Shown piece after piece: positions 58,011 through 64,000 of a DNA stretch of 64,000 bases. Position 1 is the stretch's first letter. Each line of letters opens with the position of its first letter. Below the pieces are notes generated by a model. The model had not been told where the DNA came from. It did not search any database and worked only from the letters and a program-made list of their open reading frames with translations. The stretch covers positions 1-64,000 of the forward strand of contig CAWGVG010000036.1 of the NCBI GenBank assembly GCA_963825865.1, read 5' to 3'. Origin of the DNA: an uncultured Nitrososphaeraceae archaeon. Its GTDB lineage: Archaea; Thermoproteota; Nitrososphaeria; Nitrososphaerales; Nitrososphaeraceae. Made by a program: the position numbers and the translations under genes.

Positions 58011-58906
58011 TTTATGCCTTAGTGCGATAGTGGCTACTATAATACTTTTCAATATGAGATGGAATGTTTTAATGTATTAACCCGAACAAATAAGAACCTG
58101 ATGGCTGTCAGTCCAGCCAAACCCCCCAAAATAATGGATTTGACTATAAAAGAGACCTCTTAATGAACTTCTCTTTATATCCATTTCCAGCCAAAATAGG
58201 TGCAAGAATTGTCTTTGACTACGAAGGAATTATGGAGAAAGAAGTCAAGGTCTACTAGTGAGGGTATTAGGTATAGATTGCATTATTATTTTACTGACAA
58301 AGGTCATGATAATAGTGATTGGTCAGCTGGGTTTTGAGCGCCAGGCAACCAAAGGTGCTGAGGCATTCAAATTAATCATAGGAGAATCGTTCGACCAAAA
58401 CAAATCTGGAGTAATCACAAATTCTGCAATCTCTAAAGCTAGATGCACTTTGGATCATTTAATTCTGATGGTTTCTGGATCATACAGAGTCATGACAAAG
58501 CAAGAATAACTTAAATTATCATATATATAGATATATATAGAGATCAAAAACACTAATGTTGGTGGATGGATAAGAACAATAAGAATTCTGAGTGAAATGA
58601 GTGAACACACTTTTAGTGTTCTTTTTGACGATGTTCTGCCAACTCTGCCTCTGTCTTGAACTTCTTTCCGCAACTATTGCATTTGAATTTCTTCTTACCA
58701 AACAAATTGAATTGCATACTGTTGATTAGACTTGATCATAGTTATATGTATATATCAATAAGGCTTGTGGAGTACGGTGTATGTGTGTGTGTGATTGACA
58801 AAGTTATTATTATGATGTTATTATTATTTCTAGTTTATTAATTGCAGCAGAGGAGGACAATTTCTTCATATATATATATATATATATTAAATGGTATATC
58901 TTTTAT

Positions 58907-59785
58907 CTAATCTGCTGAACTGCTAGCCAATTCAGTTTTTCCTCTTACATTTTTTTCAATATCTTTGATAAAATCCAACCCATTCTTTGTAGCCAATTCA
59001 TATTCTTTATTTGTCAGATTTGGCTCAAAGCTGATATATTGATTATAACCAATATGTTCTAGACTTTTGACAACCGATTGAAAATCAATATGTGCATACC
59101 CTGGCATTTTCCTATTGTTATCCGCAAAATGGGTATGTTGCAATAGTTCCTCTGACTTTAATATTGCATGTTCCAAAGAATCCTCTTCAATATTCATGTG
59201 AAAAGTATCTAGCAAAACTCCAAAATTGTCTTGATTTATTTGGTTGGCAATAGCAACTGCATCTTTTGCTGTTGTACAATATGGGGTACTATAACGATTA
59301 AGTGGTTCTAATAGCAATTTCACATCATGATCAGCAGCAAATCTAGCGAGTTTAGAGAGTATAGGTATGACTTGTTGTATTATGTGTGCCTTTTGATCTT
59401 CTGAAATTACTGTATGATTTCTATCAAAAGCACTAAGTTGGTCATCAGCGAAAAGACAGATATTTAGCTTATCTCCACCCAATGATTGACACATTTTAAC
59501 ACATCGCTTAACATATTCTTGTGAATGGGTTATGAAGCTTTGATCTGAACTCAAAAACTTCCTCTTCCATCCATCTTTACTTATTGAACCCCACATTCCT
59601 GTAACCCCACAAACAGGAATATCAAATACCTGGAATATCTCTTGTAATCCTATCACATCTAATTTCTCTGTTTCTCCAAACATCTCTACGGCATCATATC
59701 CTTGTCGTATCAGTCTTTCCAAGGTTTGTTCTATAGTTTCTATTCTCCTGAAGGAAGAAAGAGTAATAGAATATTTGAATGTCAT
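58907..59785 (-). CDS. Sugar phosphate isomerase/epimerase (xylose isomerase-like TIM barrel)
   Basis: GYDAVE, LEPLNRY, LDTFHMNIEE, HTHFADNNRKMPG, SFE. Confidence 0.92.
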   Translation of the reverse strand: MTFKYSITLSSFRRIETIEQTLERLIRQGYDAVEMFGETEKLDVIGLQEIFQVFDIPVCGVTGMWGSISKDGWKRKFLSSDQSFITHSQEYVKRCVKMCQSLGGDKLNICLFADDQLSAFDRNHTVISEDQKAHIIQQVIPILSKLARFAADHDVKLLLEPLNRYSTPYCTTAKDAVAIANQINQDNFGVLLDTFHMNIEEDSLEHAILKSEELLQHTHFADNNRKMPGYAHIDFQSVVKSLEHIGYNQYISFEPNLTNKEYELATKNGLDFIKDIEKNVRGKTELASSSAD

Positions 59786-60223
59786 TTGTTATTACAACAG
59801 CCTCTCTTTATTAACTGCATGATTACTATGTAACCAAGTTAATTAGGTAATGCCCGTTTTTACACAATTTATCTATTTACCAGTTAAATAGTTTTTAGAA
59901 AAGTCGGATTTGGGACTTAAGACACACTTCCCAGTTATAGGATCCACACAATTTTTATCTGATCTTTTATCAAACCTTGACTCGAGAGAAATAATAATCA
60001 TATACAGTCTCTAGAACTATAACATATTTTATTATTTGGAGTTCGTTCCGCAATATAAATGATGTTTGAATTAACCTGAAAAAAGTGTATCTCCACTCAA
60101 GAATGATGTGATCTTATCTATGTTTGGCAGCTTTATGTATTCTGATTCTAGAAAACCCTTTTTACAATCAGGCAATCGTCAGTTACTAATGTGTTTAACC
60201 CATTTTGGTAAAACCAACCAAAA

Positions 60224-60273
60224 AGCACTAATATCGTAGCGGGCTCGAAGGGATTAGTGACGATATCGGTGCT
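60224..60273 (-). other. tRNA 3'-end-like fragment with inverted arms (possible att site)
   Basis: Minus strand AATCCCTTCGAGCCCGCTA (60237-60255); arms AGCACTAATATCGT/ACGATATCGGTGCT (12/14). Confidence 0.45.
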
Positions 60274-61193
60274 AAAAGTGGATTTTACTTTAATATGATA
60301 TCAGGGTAGCTTTAAAGTTTTCTGCTTCAACAAGATATCAATAAATCAAAAGATTACAAATGAAGTCCAGCATGCTATTGCAGTCTTGGCTGCATTAATC
60401 ATTAGTAATTAGAAGGAAGCATACAGAGATAAAGTGCAGCTTTGGGATGGTCTTGGATAATTATAAATGCTCCTGAGGGCTGAAGGAATTCTGTCGATTT
60501 ACTGGCAAGCTAACACTTCAAATGCACATGCACCCCATTCGCTTCTTTGGCATTTTCCGAACTCTTGAAAGACAGATTCACGGCGCATAAGCACTGCAGC
60601 TACAGTTAACATTGCTATAATTTTTTTTACTACTCAAATCTATAGTAAATTAATAGCACTATCAAGCTTTACAGGCAGGTCTGAAGCGGAAGATAAGAAA
60701 TCCAAAACTAAAATGAACATAACTCTACAGGAGGTCATGTAGCTATCCTGGACGGACTAAAGAAAATGCATGATGGATAATAAGTCCTTTTGTTAACAAG
60801 CTTGTGTTTTCTTATCTTATTTCTATTCCCATACCTTTCCTTCAGCAGGTCCATCCCCATTCAAACACACCTACTATGTTATTGAGAAATGCGAGTTTAG
60901 ACAGATAATTTGTCTTTTCTTCTCCTCTCCTTTTTCTCTATTGTTTTTTCTATCACTGGCGTTAGAGATCATGATAATAGTAATAAGTTTGAGTGCAATT
61001 AAAAATTTAAATTAGCAAGAAAATCCATCACGAGATAAATAGTTTGTAGAAGAGCTATTCTAAAAAAGTAACATCAATCAATCAAGCCAAAGAGGTTGCG
61101 CATTTTTCTATGTTTTGCCTCCCCATTTTTGCAATCTTCCTGCTTAGTCATTTCTTCTGGCTCTCTTTATAGGATTTGATCAGTAAACTGCGA

Positions 61194-61361
61194 TCATTTC
61201 TTCCTAATGTCTTTAAGATACTGTCTCATGGATTCTACGATAAGAGCAGTTACTGTCGTTTTCATATCTATGGCCAAGTGTTTGAAATCATCAAGCAAAT
61301 CAGTAGGAATTTTTATACAAGTTTTAATTTCATCACCTGCTATCGTTTAATCCGGTTCCAT
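61194..61361 (-). pseudogene. Ribbon-helix-helix DNA-binding protein (in-frame stop at codon 5)
   Basis: IKTCIKIPTDLLDDFKHLAIDMKTTVTALIVESMRQYLK. Confidence 0.6.
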
Positions 61362-61729
61362 ATACAAAATTTATGTACACAGTTATATGTATTTATGCTT
61401 TAGCATATAGATATCTTATCATATAGAAAAGATATTTATATATATAGTTATATTCATTCATGCTTACGCATATATATTCCTTACCGTATAGAAGTATACA
61501 CTTATATATTCTATGTCTGGCAACATAGGTATGGACACTCTAACGTTCCCAGTAAAGGTAGCAACTATGATGGCAACACCATCTACGGTGCTCACGATGA
61601 CGACAAGTCAGATGACAAAGCAAGCATCTGCATTCGAAGATCCAAAGCATTGCAACACATATGGATGGCCCTCCTGTTACAACGTAGGGTATAACGACGG
61701 TCGATAAAGCTGAGGAGGCGAACTAAGAA

Positions 61730-62720
61730 ATGAACAACAATAGCAAAACTCAATTCAACAAAGTTTTGGTGATAGGGCTGGGACAGCTAGGTTTACCCGT
61801 AGCAAAATACGTTAAGGAAAAAGGATTTGACGTGTATGGCTATGATCTAAGTCATGAAGCCATAGAGTGTGCAGAGAGGATCGCCGCTATAAAGCTACTA
61901 ATTTTAGCGACTTTGATGTTTACATTATATGCGTGTCTACCCACAATCCTGATGACATTTACTCTCCGAAAATAGATGGGTTGTTATCAATTGTCGGAAC
62001 AATCTCCAGAGAGGCAAAAGACGGAGCACTTGTTTCAATAGAGAGCACTATTCCGTGGGGCACTTCTAAAAGGGTATTTGAAATGCTTAACCATAGAGTA
62101 CATGTCGCGCATGCACCCCATAGGTGGTATTCTCTAGAACAGGAAGAACATGGGGTAAATCAATTACGTATTGTAGGTGGAGTCTGTGATTGTTGTCTTA
62201 AGGCAGACTTTGGAGTTTTATAGTGACAGAAATACTGATACTACTATTACCAATATTAATACTGCAATCACCAATACTATAACTTTCAATAACATCCATA
62301 GTAGTAATTATAATGATAACAATAACAACGAGGACGGCAACAAGCATAAGAGCCTGAATATTCCTATGCGTGCAGTATCTAAAGTAGAAATTGCTGAAAC
62401 AACAAAAATAGTTGAAAACGCACACAGATATTTACAGATAGCATTTGCTGAAGATCTGTATCTGTACTGTCAAGCAAACAACATAAACTTTCCAGAACTA
62501 CGGGACGCTCTAAATACCAAATGGAATGTTGAGGTATTAGAACCAAGGGAAGGAGAGACACTGCCTACCAAAAGATACTAGAATGTTCTTGCAATCATCA
62601 GCTCGAAGAAAAAGTAAGATATTAACGGCAGCTATGGAAGTAGATGAAGATTATAGAAGATATAGAGCCAAGATAGAACCACAGCTTGAATATCCTGTTA
62701 TTGAGCCTAACAGAAAATAA
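61730..62720 (+). CDS. Nucleotide-sugar dehydrogenase-like protein (short form, frameshifted)
   Basis: VIGLGQLGLP, IICVST, IESTIP, HAPHR, AETTKIVENAHRYLQIAFAE, HCLPKDT; no C-terminal UDP-binding domain. Confidence 0.8.
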
Positions 62721-63338
62721 AATTTGACTGGAGTATAAAACGCGTACACGTTTTGAATATAAGATCAATAAATGTATAGGAATAAACTTGAAAGTGAAAG
62801 TGGAGTAAAGTTAACGAACTATAATATTGTTATTTTGGGTTCTGTCAACTTATCGTCTCCCGATAGGTTAGATAACCTGGCTCTATTGTTCTAACCAAGG
62901 AACTATTAGTGCCAGAACGAAGCTCTTCGTTGGCTTTATCATACTCTGGTACAACAATTAGCCATCTTTGTCTTTCTTCTAATCTTTTGCATAATTTTTC
63001 ATGTTCTAGGTCTTTCTTGTACGAGTCGCTTCTTTTTTCACTTGTTCTAGTTCCATTTTCGTCGCTACCAAATTGTCTGCTACAGGTTTATTTTTCTCAT
63101 ATTCCTGTAGAGTATTAGTAGTTACATTGTGATCTTGTAGCATCTTTATTTTTGCCATTTATAGATCGGTTATTTCTTGCCTTATTTTCATCCAGCCTTT
63201 CTTATTCTTTGCTGATATATTCGGGAGCTTAGTTCTAATACCTTACTTCTACGCCATTCTAATCTGTTTTCATTTTCTTTCATTCCTTCTTTCTTTCATG
63301 GTGAGAACAAATATTCAAGAATCATAATGTACAGAATC

Positions 63339-63563
63339 TTAAATAGCATTTTCATTGATTTGTTTTATCTTATCTAAAACATATTGTTTAAGCTCTGCAT
63401 CCCATAATATTGCAGATGCAGTTTTTGTCAATGATGGCAATGCTTTTTTACCATAAGACGTCAATGCATCAAGTGCCTTTCTTCTTGTCTCGTTGTTCCA
63501 AGACGATATTATGATGTATTCTAGCCTTGCCATCTCCATTTGGTCTGGTTCCCACCAAGCCAT
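63339..63563 (-). CDS. Small HEAT-like hypothetical protein
   Basis: ETRRKALDALTSYGKKALPSL; clean 74-aa ORF. Confidence 0.6.
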   Translation of the reverse strand: MAWWEPDQMEMARLEYIIISSWNNETRRKALDALTSYGKKALPSLTKTASAILWDAELKQYVLDKIKQINENAI

Positions 63564-63890
63564 AAAGTTCCTCTACAACCTTAGATAATTGCTGGTTTAT
63601 ATATCAATCAATCAATCATTAAACCCCTTGCATTGTGTTATTATGTTCAATTATTATTATATCACATTAGAATATCTCAGTGTGTTGTGACTTTGGATGT
63701 TCAGCATCTGGACTTGCAATACATGACCTGACTCATGACCGCATATATTCGCTTTACAAGGAGGTTTATGGCTTATTAAAGCCTGGAGGGGCAACTTAAA
63801 TCATGTTGCTTCGCCGACGCTGAGCCGGTTTAGATGGACACAACCAAAAGATGCTTGTTTTGGATGTGGTAAGGCTAATACGCACCCAAA

Positions 63891-63952
63891 GGAAGCAAGA
63901 AAGTGTAACCTATGTAGGTAATCAAAATTGTTACCCATCTGTGTAAGTACAA
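63891..63952 (+). repeat. ~62-bp element, copy 2
   Basis: GGAAGCAAGAAAGTGTAACCTATGTAGGTAATCAAAATTGTTACCCATCTGTGTAAGTACAA. Confidence 0.85.
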
Positions 63953-64000
63953 ACAACTAGCAATAATATCGGTTTATTTTGTAAATTTAGTATAAAAATA

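Noticed and set aside
58258-58890. Short overlapping ORFs and (TA)n/(TG)n tracts
   Set aside because: Low-complexity intergenic DNA without coding signal

Overview
AT-rich archaeal DNA that reads like a soil ammonia-oxidising archaeon (Nitrososphaeraceae). This is inferred from lineage-typical families: Nitrososphaera-type histidine kinases and stand-alone receivers, the MxCKGxC..CPCC Zn-ribbon, HTH/coiled-coil proteins, DUF99, DUF1059 and a divergent P-II. The window is an accessory, IS-rich mosaic with three IS elements with recognisable inverted repeats and several IS6/DDE remnants. It holds many truncated genes (VOC, SDR, DUF262, PolB, HerA, MFS, integrase, Hsp20). Many otherwise intact genes carry single frameshifts, which may be long-read errors or real decay. 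The strongest candidate for an undescribed system is at 32.3-40.5 kb. There a stand-alone YcaO (TfuA/thioamide-type signature, no TfuA or E1 partner in the window) sits among four paralogues of an unnamed 'PYG.Y.EW...WW.W...DG(Y/F)(W/Y)' domain (three without and one with a signal peptide), a TPR protein and a polytopic membrane protein. An unannotated 40-aa ORF converges on ycaO, and a conserved ~55-bp non-coding element occurs in opposite orientations on either side of the core. Other highlights: a DUF4062-HEPN-like fusion, a 10-bp-phased iteron array upstream of an HTH/coiled-coil gene, a ~62-bp element repeated 56 kb apart, and a tRNA-3'-like att-site candidate flanked by inverted arms. 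No rRNA, complete tRNA or CRISPR array was recognised. All family calls come from motif recognition by eye; no database search was run.
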